A program made the position numbers and the translations under genes. From Phoronis australis (taxonomy: Eukaryota; Animalia; Phoronida): DNA of 64,000 nucleotides. The notes beneath the pieces are model-generated. The model saw only the letters and a program-made list of their open reading frames with translations, had not been told where the DNA came from and did no database searches. Each line of letters starts with the position of its first letter. Position 1 is the first letter of the stretch. Shown in pieces: positions 37,616 to 50,926 of this stretch. Location: the NCBI GenBank assembly GCA_002633005.1, contig NMRA01000217.1:424567-488566 (forward strand), given 5' to 3'.

Positions 37616-39750
37616 TTGGCTCCCCTTGTAAAGTCCTCAGGGGTCACACCCAGAGTACAGACAACGGCAGACGTCCATTTCCATATATACTGAAGTGGAG
37701 TCTAAGTGTTCCTATGGTCAGGTGTTGGTACCTCGTTCATCTATGCCGGCCTCTCTCTGTGTCCCTCTCCCCTCCCACTCTCCCTCTCCCTCCCTCCTAT
37801 CTCTCAACGTAATGTTTATGTACATACACATGTAAATGACAATCCATATGTCGTTGTTATATAGGCAATGCAGCCTCTTCTACACGTTCCCATTCAAATG
37901 TGCATTGGGAAAGTGATTTTACGAGCTTCAAAATTGGGTGACAAAATCAAAAATGAGCTTCAAAGCGAGGATGTAATTTTTCTAGCGATCAAAACTTTCC
38001 ACGTACGCCTTGGCGTTATACATGTACATGACAAAAGGCTTATTCTCGGTGCTCACTGTTTTGAAATATTAACAAAATTACAAAAATGATCTAATCTCCT
38101 CAAGCATCTTTTCAAAACGATGTCCAGTTGTCACCTAGCAACAAGCTCCTAACTCTTCACTCTTCCTCATTTCGACTACAGTACTGTAATGCATGGTAAA
38201 GATGCAATACCAGGCTCTTGGATTTAAACAAACAATTTAAATTCAAGTGTCATCTTCGTCATCCTCGTCAGCGTAATCGTCATCACCATCTTCGTAAACA
38301 TTATTATTATACTTTTATTACTGTTGCTGCCACTGTTGACTTTCTGCCTCCTCAAGCGTCTCTGGTGTTGCTAGAATAGTACGAACTGACAAAAAACTTT
38401 TAAACAAGTCACTGTTTTGCGTTTAACTTTTCGCGTTTTTTCGGTTACCGCAGTTATCAACCAATTTAAAATCAACGTTGTGAATGTGCAAGTCAAGTCA
38501 AGTAAAAGTTAAGTTTTAAAAACAGTTAACATGAACCACAGATTCGTATAAACGACTATAGAATAACAGCTGGCAAAAAGGAAAAAAAAAACAAAAAAAA
38601 AACAACAACAGATGAATAAGAGAAAAAAAATCATCGGAACTAAAAAGTATTGGATATGAAGTCCAATCCCCCAGCAGCGACTTGAAGACAATTGGATCGA
38701 CACACTTCCTACACTATTGAAGACTGCTAAAAAATTACATGAAAAACCTTTCATCGTGATTAGCTGAAAATTACGATGTTCTAATTTATGTCTACTTTCT
38801 ACTTTAAATTATATGACAGTCAAAATTTATGGGAAATTCGAAACTAATCAGGTTACTGATTAATATGCAGTCACTTAAACAGACTACCGATTTTTGCTAC
38901 GTTGATCGTTAGAAGAGTTCTAATAAATCACGCTTTCCTTCTTCGGGTAAGTAGCTTTATCCAGGGCGATGCCACATGGCGACATTTTCTTTTAATTAAG
39001 TAAAAGGCACACTGTGTTACAATAATCATTCATGTACACGTAAATGGCCCAGATTTAAAACTTGGTCATTTATTTTGATTTTTAATGAAAAATCGGATGA
39101 TTGGTATTTTTTGTAAAAAACGTCTGATGGAATACGCAAGTACTGCTTCTCTTTTATACTTTTTGAATAGAAGCGATTTGCGTTCCCATCTATAGATCAT
39201 TCGTCATGATAGCCTTTGTCATGCGATATTAACAAAGAAATAACAGCAGAGGGGCTACAACGACCAAGGAATGTTTGGGCATTCGCAGCCACATTTGTGC
39301 AGTCACTTGTAGTGCGACAGAATAACAAGGTTTCGGAAGGCACATCGTGCGATGATATTGTGACAGTCGTAGGAATCTGCTACTGTCATTGCTTGCGATC
39401 GTCATGAATTGATTAATTGTCATACGACAATCGTGAAATAGCGACACACGAGGCGCCTGGTTAAGAAATCTGTCTCAGTTTCTGTCACATAATTGCGCAA
39501 AAAATGTTTCATGTCAGCCAGAAAAATCTATATGTTCATCAACACTACCCTAATTCCTTGCAGCATTATTGTTGTTTTCAAAGAGCATAGGCAGGAGCAG
39601 CAGATTCCCGGCAATCTTGCAATTGCCTTAAGAATGGTACTGAGGTGCGACACTTGTAGGACGGTCGGGATATTGCGAAACACTCTTACGTCTACCCTAA
39701 AACGATGGTAAGACAATAATAAAACAACTCTATTAATTTGAGAAAGAGAA

Positions 39751-39865
39751 GGCATTTTGGCCTAGTGAGTTGAGTGTCTGGTTCCTGTTCCACAAGGTCG
39801 TAGGTTCGATTCCCAATGACATCCACTGCTAAGCTCTTGAGTCAGGCTTCTCAAGTTGGTCTTAA
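39751..39865 (+). mobile_element. tRNA-derived SINE head (degenerate), interrupted by a TTAA element
   Basis: A-box-like TGGCCTAGTGAG (39758) and B-box GGTTCGATTCC (39803-13); no complete cloverleaf. Confidence 0.6.
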
Positions 39866-41292
39866 GGTTATCTCCAACCTTATTTAGTGGCCTCTATTCT
39901 AACTCGTATATCAAAAAAACTAAGCTTTGTCAACTAGTAAAACTACATATTTTCTGAAAGAAAAAAGAGTTAGGAAATATGAAACTACTTTTTGTACTAA
40001 TGTACCATTATTACTTTTACTTAAAAACATTTTAAAGTCAAAATTTTATTTTTAAGAAAGGTACACTCATAGCAAAATAACCCCTCGGTCGATTGTAATG
40101 AATTTTTTTAAATGAAAACTGCACCAGTTACCTCGAAAACGCTGTTAGGAATTTTCGATAAGCCTTCGTTTGGTATCTATGACAAACAAACTCGCAAAAC
40201 GTTAGGTATCTTTGTAAAAAACGGAAGTCGTATTCGTCTTTGTTACATTACGCAAAAAGGTCTTTATATCGAAAAACCTAACAGTGTTTTTGATACTGAT
40301 GACTAAATATTAAATTTGGAAAGATTCAGAGAAATCCACCGAGCCGTTTTCGAGAACTCGTGTTCCTATGTTCAAATAAAGTCGATTTGCCAAAGCCGAG
40401 AAAAAGCCGATTAAATTGGGACAAGTGAAAATCTCAAAGTCTTCGGTTAATTATTCGGTGAAAACTTGTTTTCGGTACACATGCCTAGACAAGCTTTAAA
40501 TATGTTCGCTATTTCAACATTCACTCGCAATGTCAACTGATTTTGAATTGCCTAATTAACTTAATCTTCATTAAAACGTACCGTTCCCAGCTAACTCTTA
40601 CTATTGTTTGCTACCTTTTGACCTCCTTTTATAAAAGTAGGTCACAGTTCATTGTTATACACATAGCCTGCACACGTCACGTGCTGTCATACTGATACGA
40701 AATCAAGTAAAATGGATAACAAAAATCGAATCGGTGGTTAAAGCATGCCGTTAGCATGAGATCGAAACATTGAAATGTCAGTTTATTAACTGAATGAAGG
40801 AATTGGGGTGAGGAATTATCTCTTTTCACAACTTGCTGTGTTCATGACTACAGAGGCCTGAGGCGACCGTAGCATTCGTTCTCAACGCCAACGGTCGTAT
40901 GCATGTAGACGTACAACTCCCTTAGGATCAAAACTACGTTTTGTCTTTGTTTTCCCCCGGCAGCATTCTACCATAGGACTGGTACACCTCGTTGACTCAA
41001 TGTTATGACGATTTTGTGAATGAAAAGAACTGAGGGTATACGAAGCGGTTCTGTACCTGGCGGGAGATTCGATTTGATTGAAAGCCCTTTAACTTTTGAC
41101 CTCGGATAAGTAATAAACAAATATCCACGCTGTTGTGCGGTTCCAAGATGGCTTTGTTAAATCTTTTTTTTTCTTGCTACGCAGTATATATTTTGTATTT
41201 GAAGTTCCCCGAGAATGAACATAAGGTATTTTTCTAGACACATGTGAAATATTGTAAAATGGCCGTTTTTGTGAATAAGGTGTGAGATAACC
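39866..41292. mobile_element. Non-autonomous TTAA-specific DNA transposon (Kolobok-like, GG..CC termini)
   Basis: TTAA-ggttatctccaaccttatt ... aataaggtgtgagataacc-TTAA. Confidence 0.78.
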
Positions 41293-41436
41293 TTAATTTG
41301 TGTATATGTGTTTATTATTTAAGGAAAATGGTTTCATGTGTTTAGCTCAGTGGCCTGCAAACGTCTTATGCTACGTGTATCAGACCACCTGCACATTATT
41401 TAATTTCAGGTTTTTCGATGCTGTCCAACTATCGCA

Positions 41437-41504
41437 CATGGGCGGCGCACCATAAGGGACTGGGGGGCTATAGCTCCCACTTTTTCAGTGCTCTGCCGCC
41501 CATG
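41437..41504. mobile_element. 68-bp mini-MITE (CATGGGCGGC...GCCGCCCATG); related inverted copies at about 47637-47775
   Basis: Perfect 10-bp terminal inversion; shared gggggcta(t/g)agc / cagtgc core with the 47.7-kb copies. Confidence 0.55.
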
Positions 41505-43122
41505 ACAATGGTCCTACGGTATAAGTAAAAAATAACAAACGTTATTGAAATAATCTTGAATATATTTAAACCTGGCTGACGACGACATTTAGCGTCGTAC
41601 GACATGTTTTCTACTTACCTGAAGTAAATGTGTGGGACAGTAACCGCTGAGCGCCATTTGACATCGATTCAAACGAGTAATGAATTAATGTTTTAAAACA
41701 AACATCAATGTTGTTTGCGTGTTGTTTACTTTATATGTATTTCACCATTTTATGATAATTTATTTTTTGACGCTGTGTTGGCTGGTAAACAGATAGTCAC
41801 CAGCGGTTGTCAATTGTATAAGCGAAGTTCATCCGTGCAAGAACATATTGTGTTGTCATTTGCTGATAAACGACGCTCATAACTTGCATTTTATGGGTTC
41901 AAAACAGGTGACTGAAGCCCTTTTTCTGCCATGGTTGTGAAGTACTTGCACAAGTCACAAGGCTTTGTTTTACCGAGTGTCTATTTTAAAAAAAATGAAC
42001 GTACTAAAGACATGTTTCAAAATCTTCTGGAATATCATGGCCTGAAGGCATTGACTGCTAGGAGATGAGTTTATTTGAGGAAACAGTGTTCCTTTCAGAA
42101 CTATATCGTCTGTAGCCTCCTTGGAAGAACGCTTTCATTCTTTACACCCTCTGTAAATGCATACAATCTTGTGTTGCGTTCGTTTCTTTCGAGATCACAA
42201 TATCGCCACATGCAAAGCACGTGATAGCTCTACTGTACATTATGAAGGTCAAGATTATTAGATGGTATTGATTACTTGTCCTGATGATGATGACTGAGAC
42301 GTCGAAACATGTTGAACTTGAAAATTTTCGTTTTTGTTAATACATTTCCTCAACCGTTAAACGCCCAGATTACTGAATTCCAACTCCATTCCGACTAAAT
42401 GGAGCGACGCGAGTATACGGTTACAGAATGAGAAATACTCTCCTCAATAGGAACATACTTGACATCTTTCATCATGGTACTTCAAGTTTTGAGGACAGGG
42501 ATGCAGACGAAAAAAGGCACAAAAACATTGAAAAAACACCAGCGTACGCACCATAAATCAAACCCACCAGAAACAGGACAGGTCCTGTAGTTTACGCGAT
42601 AATTACTTATTATGGCAAATTTCATGAACACCCATCAAAGAATTCGGCAGATATCAAAATAAACGCAAAGAAAAACAAAACTGTCACTAGGCGACTCCTC
42701 AATAGCCAACACATGTCAAGTTTAATGAAGATCTACTAAAGAATTTGTATTGAGCCACAGGCAAAACAAATTGCCACACTTGGACGCCGCAGCAGTCGGG
42801 TTTATTCAAAAATCATTGTCAGCCACGCAACTCCCAGCAGAAGCACCTCTCCTTAAAGTGGTTTGGCCAATAGCGGTTAACGCCAAAACCAGACTGAAAA
42901 CAAGAGAAATTGCCACACACGGGCATACGACACGTCGAGTGCATCCGAAAGGTGCGTCGAATCCACCCAAAAGGGCCTGCTGTTATCGTCTCTTAATTGT
43001 AAATTACTTGTCATGTTTCATGAAAATCCGTCAAGGAACTCCGAATATAAGGAGGAAAATGTAGACAGGTAAAACAGCTGCCTCTAGCTGGACGGGGAGA
43101 ACGGCACACCTACGCACGTACG

Positions 43123-43649
43123 CACACACACACACACACANNNNNNNNNNNNNNNNNNNNNNNNNNNNNNNNNNNNNNNNNNNNNNNNNNNNNNNNNNNN
43201 NNNNNNNNNNNNNNNNNNNNNNNNNNNNNNNNNNNNNNTGATGATGATGATGATGATGATGCTTATGATGATGATAATGATGATGGTGATTATGATTGTG
43301 ATGATGATGATAATGATGATGATGATGATAATGATGATGATAGTGATGGTTATGATGATGATATGATGATGATAATGATGATGACGATAATGATAATGAT
43401 GATGATAATGATGATGATGATGATGGTTATGATGATGATGATGATGATGATGATGGTTATGATGATGATAATGATGATGATGGTGATGGTTATGATGATG
43501 ATATGATGATGATAATGATGATGATGATAATGATGATGATGATGATAATGATGATGATGATGATGGTTATGATGATGATGATAATGATGATGGTGATTAT
43601 GATTGTGATGATGATGATAATGATGATGATGATGATAATGATGATAGTT

Positions 43650-43688
<39 letters not shown>

Positions 43689-43703
43689 CTGATGATGATA
43701 ATG
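43123..43703. repeat. (CA)n tract, N-gap (43141-43238) and a long (GAT/ATG)n microsatellite
   Basis: Directly visible; source of the poly-His, poly-Met and poly-Ile ORFs. Confidence 0.97.
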
Positions 43704-44270
43704 CATTTCTAGGTAGCTTCGCGGATGCACTGGATAGTATGATTTAACGTTGAGTTTAAATAAGATTTTTACGAAGGTTCAATAACTGGAAATTTTTAGT
43801 TAAAGCACAGGGATTACCAAGCACGTATCCACCTTAGCAAGCATCTCATTATATGCACGACTTAGTACACCCGTCTTGCACAGGCAATATTTTGTTATCA
43901 CGGCATTAAATGAGTTTTCGCTCACTTGCTCAAATGTATTTATCGACTTTTTCGTTAAGCGTCGGCCGCTACGGAAATATACCGGTTAAGAAAATATTTG
44001 TGATTTTTTGTTTTTTTCAAGTTACTAATGGAAAGCAAGTGCATTGATCCCATAAGGACATTAGACATCCCGTTATGAGACATAAGATTAGGAACTTTAA
44101 TGGACATTTGATATGCGCGCCTTTGAGAAGAGCGTAGATAATGTCAAAAATATTTTAAAAACTTTAAAAGTACTACATTAAGCGACAATAAACAATGTGC
44201 AGTTGAAAAAACATCAGCCCTTATGGAACTCGTTTTAAGATCGGTGTTGCATAAAATACGAAATGCGAAT

Positions 44271-44297
44271 AAACAACAACAACAACAACAATAACAA

Positions 44298-44335
<38 letters not shown>

Positions 44336-44380
44336 GCAGCAGCAGCAGCAGCAGCAGTAACAACAACAGCAACAATAACA
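44271..44380. repeat. (CAA)n/(CAG)n compound microsatellite; a degenerate CAG-rich tract follows at about 44820-45010
   Basis: Directly visible; source of the poly-Cys ORF. Confidence 0.95.
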
Positions 44381-44395
44381 CAAACCATTAAGAAT

Positions 44396-44652
44396 CATGC
44401 GCTCACCCAGCCTTTAATATGGGGGGCTCGAATTTCTGACGAAGTAGACCTTTTGCTGACAAAAAAGCGGGAGGACTAAAAAGGGGTACCACCTTCGAAC
44501 CTGTGAACTGTGCGTCTACGCCTTTTTAGTGAACTTTTGCCTCGTTTTCTCGGACTTTTTGTTTCTCTGAGACGGACCTTTTTCCCACTTCGCCAAATGG
44601 GGGGAAGAGGGCTCGTTCGAGCACCTCTTGAGCTCCCCTGGGTGCGCGCATG
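44396..44652. mobile_element. MITE with CATGCGC(T/G)CACCCAG TIRs and a 5-bp TSD (hAT5-like, inferred)
   Basis: AGAAT-catgcgctcacccag ... ctgggtgcgcgcatg-AGAAT; an orphan related end ctgagtgcgcgcatg lies at about 28438-28452. Confidence 0.75.
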
Positions 44653-45644
44653 AGAATATTAGCAACAGATAGACCTTTGAATTGATTTGTCGGCAAATGC
44701 AAAACCGGTCGGGCTTACATGTACGTGAACCGATTACAGCCAGTAGGTTTCGTCACTGCGATAGATCTTACATATTGCCACAATGACTGGATACATGCTT
44801 TCTTCGTCGCATTAAACTGGGGGCAGCAGCAGTAGCACCAGCGGCGGGGGCGGCGGTGGCGACAGCAGTAGGAGGAGTAGCAGCAGAAGGGTCAATAGCT
44901 GTAGGATGAGAGGCAGCAGCAACAGCAGCAAAAAGAGAGACAGCATCAGCAGTAACAATACACGCACAGTAGCAACAGGAATAGCAAAACCAGTAACAGT
45001 AATGCAGTAACTGTTAATTCTTACTGAACGTTTTCTGTATTATAGCACATTTTAATCCAATGAGAATTTCGGTTTGACGATGAAAATGAAGGACTTTGGG
45101 AATGAAGAACCTTTCTGATACAAGAGATGGCCTTCTGAAAGAAACGCCATCATTGGATTTATTAGCAGACCAGTAGCATCGCGAGCATCTGGTTTTGATG
45201 TACACGTCGTTTTCAATAGCACAGTAACTGTTTCGAACGAGTGTCGAATCATATACGTTTTCAGAAACTGATTCTTTGTCGACGAGAAATTATTTTTTGT
45301 ACCTATGTACATTGTTACTACTTTGACGGCAAAGTAAACAAAGTTTAAGCGTTTGACACGCGACACGACAATAACGTTCATTAAAGTCCCATCAGTTGAG
45401 TTAAAAAAGCTATGAAACTACGAAAACAACTGCAACGTACTCTCTAGGGGTTAATCTTAGCTTTTGGAAACTACGAAAGTGATAAGTCATCTGTGCATAT
45501 TTTTCTTTTATTGTTTTGTTCTCTCTAATAACCCGATCAACGCACTTAATTAGTCTGGAAACAGTTTGAATTCTGACTTTTAAATTTGAGGTGCATTCAA
45601 ACTTTGACATCTATATGCATCCCATAGGTAGCATTAATTAATGT

Positions 45645-45935
45645 TATCCATGTACTGTCCATACTGACATGTTGTTTGATTGTCATGCTCTTAAAGGATC
45701 GTCGCAGTGTGCATCACCGCTGCACCAACTACAGACAATAATACCATTCAAGCAGCAGTGACGGCATCATCAGAGTATTGAACCATCAGCCGAGGAATTG
45801 TATTTGGTGGCAAACGATGTTTGATCAGTTCACACCAAGTTATACTTTAAAGTCAAGACAAGATACATTCTTGTTTCCCAATAAAATACAACCAATTGCA
45901 ACAAACACTGCAGGTGTTGTCCAACAGAGGCTGTT
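45645..45935 (-). pseudogene. Highly degenerate Kolobok-type transposase fragment
   Basis: Frame-shifted motifs in the expected order: QPLLDNT (45933), AIGCILLG, TSF..QIQ, GDAHCD (45718), QYGQYMD (45666); compare Kolobok SQP...GDGRCDSPG..AKYGTY..MD as recalled. Confidence 0.45.
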
Positions 45936-48900
45936 TTTGTTTCCTTATCAGAAATCACGCCTGTTATTAGTTTTATAGGTAACAAAACTAAGAGCCTGCA
46001 ACAAAATAACTTCGCCAAGCTTCACTAAAACAATGCCTGCATTTGATGGTGAAAGTCACGCAGACTTGAATGTCCACAGCACTATTTTGCAGCCGTGCTG
46101 ACGTCATCGACAGGAATGTAACTCGGAAACAATATCCCACTTCATGTTGAGATCAGCTAAAAACTAATGTGCTTTGTATTTTCCGGTTTCACATTTAATT
46201 GTGATATCTGAGGACGAGGGCACAGTATTTTTGTTACTGGGTGGTGGGTACCACCAACTGTGATCGTCACCATCTTGTATACCTATGGCGGGTGTTGACG
46301 TGTGTCTTCCGAAGTGAACAGAGCAACCTGTCACATGTATTTTGCATAAGCCTGTGTTAGCAATCCAGTTATTAAGTATTCTCAGTTTCTACACATGTGG
46401 TTTTGTGGATTTGGGAACAAGAGTAACAGGTGCCTACCACGACGTAAGTTAACAACACAAGGGTTATGTCACAAGTTATACCTCGTCATCTACTTTGTTA
46501 GGAGTGATGCTTGATGTTTTAAACTTTCTCTCATCAGAGTGCTAATCTCAAGTTGTATATAAGTGTTTAGTTTTGCAGAGTTCAGTTCTAACTGCTAGTC
46601 ACCTTTGTGAAGTTCATTTTCAATGTTATCCATCAACTTTTGTTGAAGCTCTCATGTCGTTATTTTACCTGTTTGAGAATCAAAATACAGTAAGTTCTGT
46701 GCATCAGTGATAGTACTGAGCTGAAAGTAGACCTGATGTTTGATTTATCTCCCTGGCCTCATGAAGGCTCTGTCCAATTGAACATTATTCCAGAGGGTCA
46801 AAAAATTTCAGTGGCTGTGCCAGTAAACTCGACTTCGACAGAGCTGAAAATACGATATCCGTGGTTCAAATTCCATTGATACATGCCCTGGCAAGACTCC
46901 ATTCCCTTCAGGGCGAGGAATCTATACCCCGCAAAATAAACTGAAACTGGCTAAAGGACACCTTTATTTTTATTTTGTCAATTTCACCACCACGTGGATC
47001 AACAGCGGCAAGCGCTTATTGATCAAGTACATTATTGTTGGTTTACTTATTAAAAGTAAGATGTCTGGGTCTCATACACTGCATATGCGTGCCGTGACGG
47101 TCTATACATTCATTTAATCAATCTACTGTGAAAAAGACTTTATAGATAGCTGAGCAGTGAAAGTTTCTCTTGATAAGTCAGTCAGCATTTGCTGCCGCTG
47201 TACACCCATTGATCTCAAGGCAATTGTCCGGTGGTCATTGGTAGTCATGAGAAGTTTGTGCTTGCCTTGTTTATCCCGCAGGCATCTTTTGTTAGTGAAG
47301 CATAAAACTCGCTAGGTCTATGACTGCATACTTCCTGTGTTTCTCATTAAAGTGCCTGTGTTGTCCGTAAGTGTAAAATATTGTAATAAGGGCATAATAC
47401 AACTGAGCATGAACGCTGACACACTAACAGCAAAGATACGGTGCAAAGATAACAACCATTGGGTACAGCTAACAGTGTCGTTGCTAGTAGGGTAGCAGTC
47501 TCACCTGAGGCGGCTCCCGGACAGGGGAGGGTACAGCTAGAGAGAATTGGCTTACAAAACATCGGTGACGTCCAGGGAATTGGGAAGTTTTCCCGGGCTG
47601 TGGTATTCTCAATGCACATTTTGCCATTGGCCTATAATGGGCAGCGCCGCACTGAAATAAGTGTGTGTGTGTGGTGGGGCTGTACCCCCTCAACCAAGTG
47701 CGCCGGCCATATCCATAGGCGGCGCAGCACTAAAATAAATGGTGGGAGGCTGTAGCCCCGGCAGCCCCCTATGGTCTATTGGCCTATTGGTACATATTTT
47801 CATCACATCATAACCTTTGATAACATAATACTGCATCATCCCAGAGCTTTAACATTGGAAATAATGGCAGCATGACCGCTTACCACGTACCCTTACACGT
47901 GGTATTATTTTGCTAAGTTCAAATAACAGTGCCAGCGTGCGGTTTATCAGTAAGCAATGAGAAACTGAACAAACATTGAAAGTCATTGATAGAGTTACGT
48001 TGTTAGCACAGTAACAATTAAATGCAGCTATTAATACCTATTCTGTCAATGATGAAACTCAACTTTTCATTTAGACCACTTGCCAGTATAAAATTGGCCT
48101 CAACTTGTTCCTTTTTTCAAATGAGGCATGGTTGGTGTTGCAAAGCTGACACATAGTTATTGCGCGAGACCATGCTGCGTGAGTAGAATGACATGCCGTT
48201 ACAAGTCAGATCAACCTGTAGAGACTGTCTCAAGTAATAAAACGTGCCAGTCATTTCCAAGAAAGAATTTGAGATCAATTTCATACTAACGGTAAGTGGT
48301 TTAAACAAAAAACTGGTTTTAATCGTGATGGAAGGCGTACTGATATCCACTTTAAATACCAACAATCATCAAGCATAGATTTTTACAAGATCATACACGA
48401 ACCTTTGATGCCGATGACGAGTATACAGATGACCCAGAAAAAGAGGACATGGACAGAGATCCTTAAAGTCCTGCTCTCAAACTGCCCATGTGGTTCCAGT
48501 ATCCGAAAATACTTACTACATAAATTCTTATTTTCGACACCCTTTCTTAATATTCTTTTCGCCTTTCTTGCCAAAAGCGATTTTTAACAGTATTTGACCC
48601 TTCTCTGTGAGCGTATAATTACCGGCTGTCATCGGTTATTTCCGTACCCACATTTCCGGCTCATCAGTTCAGGAACTTGTCTTGAACGCCGCCATTTTTT
48701 CCTTGTAACTGAATGTGCTATGGCTTGCTCGAAAAGTCTTCATTATTTTGTTTTATTAGTAATATCTCGTGATTCGTTCGCATATGTAGTGTATTTATAG
48801 TTTGTAGTTAGTGGTCGTTGATTTTTTTTGGAATGTTACGCGTACTTAGTATGTTAAAATAGCATTGGTGTTTAGTTCCTTACGTAGGCCGGTCGAACCT

Positions 48901-50926
48901 AGGAACCAACATGGGTCGAACCAATTTTTTTCGGTTTTATTTTTTTCTCGTTTTGAAAAGTGCTTTGCTATCATCGGAAAGGTAGCACATTCTACTCAGT
49001 AAAAATCGAAAAAGTATCAAAATCGGGGCAAGCAGTGTAAAGTTATTGCAAGTTTTGTGGCGAAATTTGGGTCACTTTGTTTGGATCGCGTCGGCCATAT
49101 TGGAGGACAACGGGATAAGTTACGAGTGTGTAAATTGTTTTCGCCAACAAATTACGGTGAAATTTAGTTAGACATATCTTTACTTACTATTCTGCACGAT
49201 TTAACAGTGTTCACTAAATTTCAGCCTCGCAGTTGTTACTCATTAAGTGATAAATGTGCTTACAATTCCCGTTGGACTTCGTCTCATTTCTGGCGGCACC
49301 GACAACATGGCGACTTTTGATGAACTGAAAGGCATGTTCAATCGGCTACTTTGTAATTTGTGAACATTTAACGTTGATACATTTTGACAAACGTTGCTAC
49401 AAAAAAGAAACTTTGTTCAATTTTCGTGTTTTTTATGCAAAAATATAAGATATATTCGAATTATTTTACTGTAAATTTCCTATTCAGGTGATCTTATACT
49501 AAGCTAAAAAATAGTTGAAATAATTTTGAAATGGTTTTTTGTTTGACTGTCAACTGCTGTTCAAGACTTGATTCGGTGTCACAAAATGATTCATACTTTT
49601 CTAAATTTTAAGTCTCAACTGCTTACAAGTCATGTTTTGTAACTTATTGCTTCTTAATTCAGGTTATCAAGTCAACAATATGAATAATCTTAATTTGAGA
49701 AATAAGCTATGTTGGATTGTGAAGCCTCAAACCTCTAATTCTTGTTACTTGCAATATTGTTTTAAATGATGCTTGTCAAATTCTGGTGTAAGGAAACACT
49801 ATTCCGTCACCATGGTAATAGTTACATGTATGTCCACTTTCATATCATGGAAACTGTTGCTGTTGAATAGTGTTTGTAATGCTAACTGTGGTAAAGTATT
49901 GTGCATTTTAAGTTACTTATTATGTTAAAAGTTTGAATCATTTTGGGTTAATGAATAAAAAATGATAACATGCTGTATTGGACTTGTCATACTTATGTGC
50001 TCGAACGAGCTCCCTTTTTGGAGAACTGGAAAAAGGTCTGCCTCAGTCACAGAAGCACGAATTCCAAAAAAAGTAGAAAATGAGACAATATTCCACTAGA
50101 AGACAGGAAGTACCAAAATTTAGGGTCTGCAATTCATAGCTCTGAACAGACCCACTGAATCTCATAATAAAAGATAGACATTCCCAAAAATTCCAGCCCC
50201 CCATTCTTTTAGGCTTTGTGCGCTCATACAAAGTCTGGGAAAATCTCTATTGAAAGCCAACAACTTTGCACAGTTCGCCAGAAGTACCCAAGTTCTAAAT
50301 AAACCTCGTTTGAGCGACCACTGTGGCCAGCGACCAGTTAGGCCTAAGGGTAGCCTTGGCGCAAAGCTGTATAGGCCTACTAACAAGCTGTATTTTGACG
50401 ATAGTCTTCACTGGTAGCTGGTGACTGAGGCTAACTAAGGTCTGCCACAGCAGTGTGACACAGGACTAACCAGCCCGTAATTTCTACCCTTGAATATATG
50501 CAGCATTTATGATTTGACCATTTTACTTCGACAAAACAGCTTGCAACCGCATGCATTTACCGTTCGCCAGCGTCTGGTCTCGATCCACACCGGGTCCTAT
50601 AGGCTGCGGTCCCGAGTCTGGCAAAATAATTTCAAAATTTATTCGCCACATTTCTTCAGCAAATTAGATAAAAATGTCCGTAGTTTGATTTTATTAAAAT
50701 TAAGGCGTGCTGTCGATTATTTTATCCCCGTTTGCTGGCTGGTAACAGTACAGGCACTGCTCCAGTCGCACTGACGGCGTTTTCTCGGCCTGGGTTCCTG
50801 AATGAATAGTACTTCAGAATGGTGGTGGTTCTTCGAGTGCGAATCATGAGTGGCGCGTTCATTTAAACTTTTTTCGAGTACGGATCGCGTATTAGTTATG
50901 GGGTAGGTACTTCTTGGATCCTTATA

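Noticed and set aside
42682-43067. Possible solo LTR (TGTC...GACA, with AATAAA on the minus strand)
   Set aside because: No target-site duplication or second copy is visible.
43350-44398. Poly-His, poly-Met and poly-Cys ORFs
   Set aside because: Translations of (GAT)n and (CAA/CAG)n microsatellites next to an assembly gap.
48900-50325. Transib/RAG-like element suggested by a terminal CACAGTG heptamer at 50319-50325 (minus)
   Set aside because: No convincing matching left TIR, TSD, RSS nonamer or transposase remnant; probably a DNA-transposon fragment that cannot be classified by eye.
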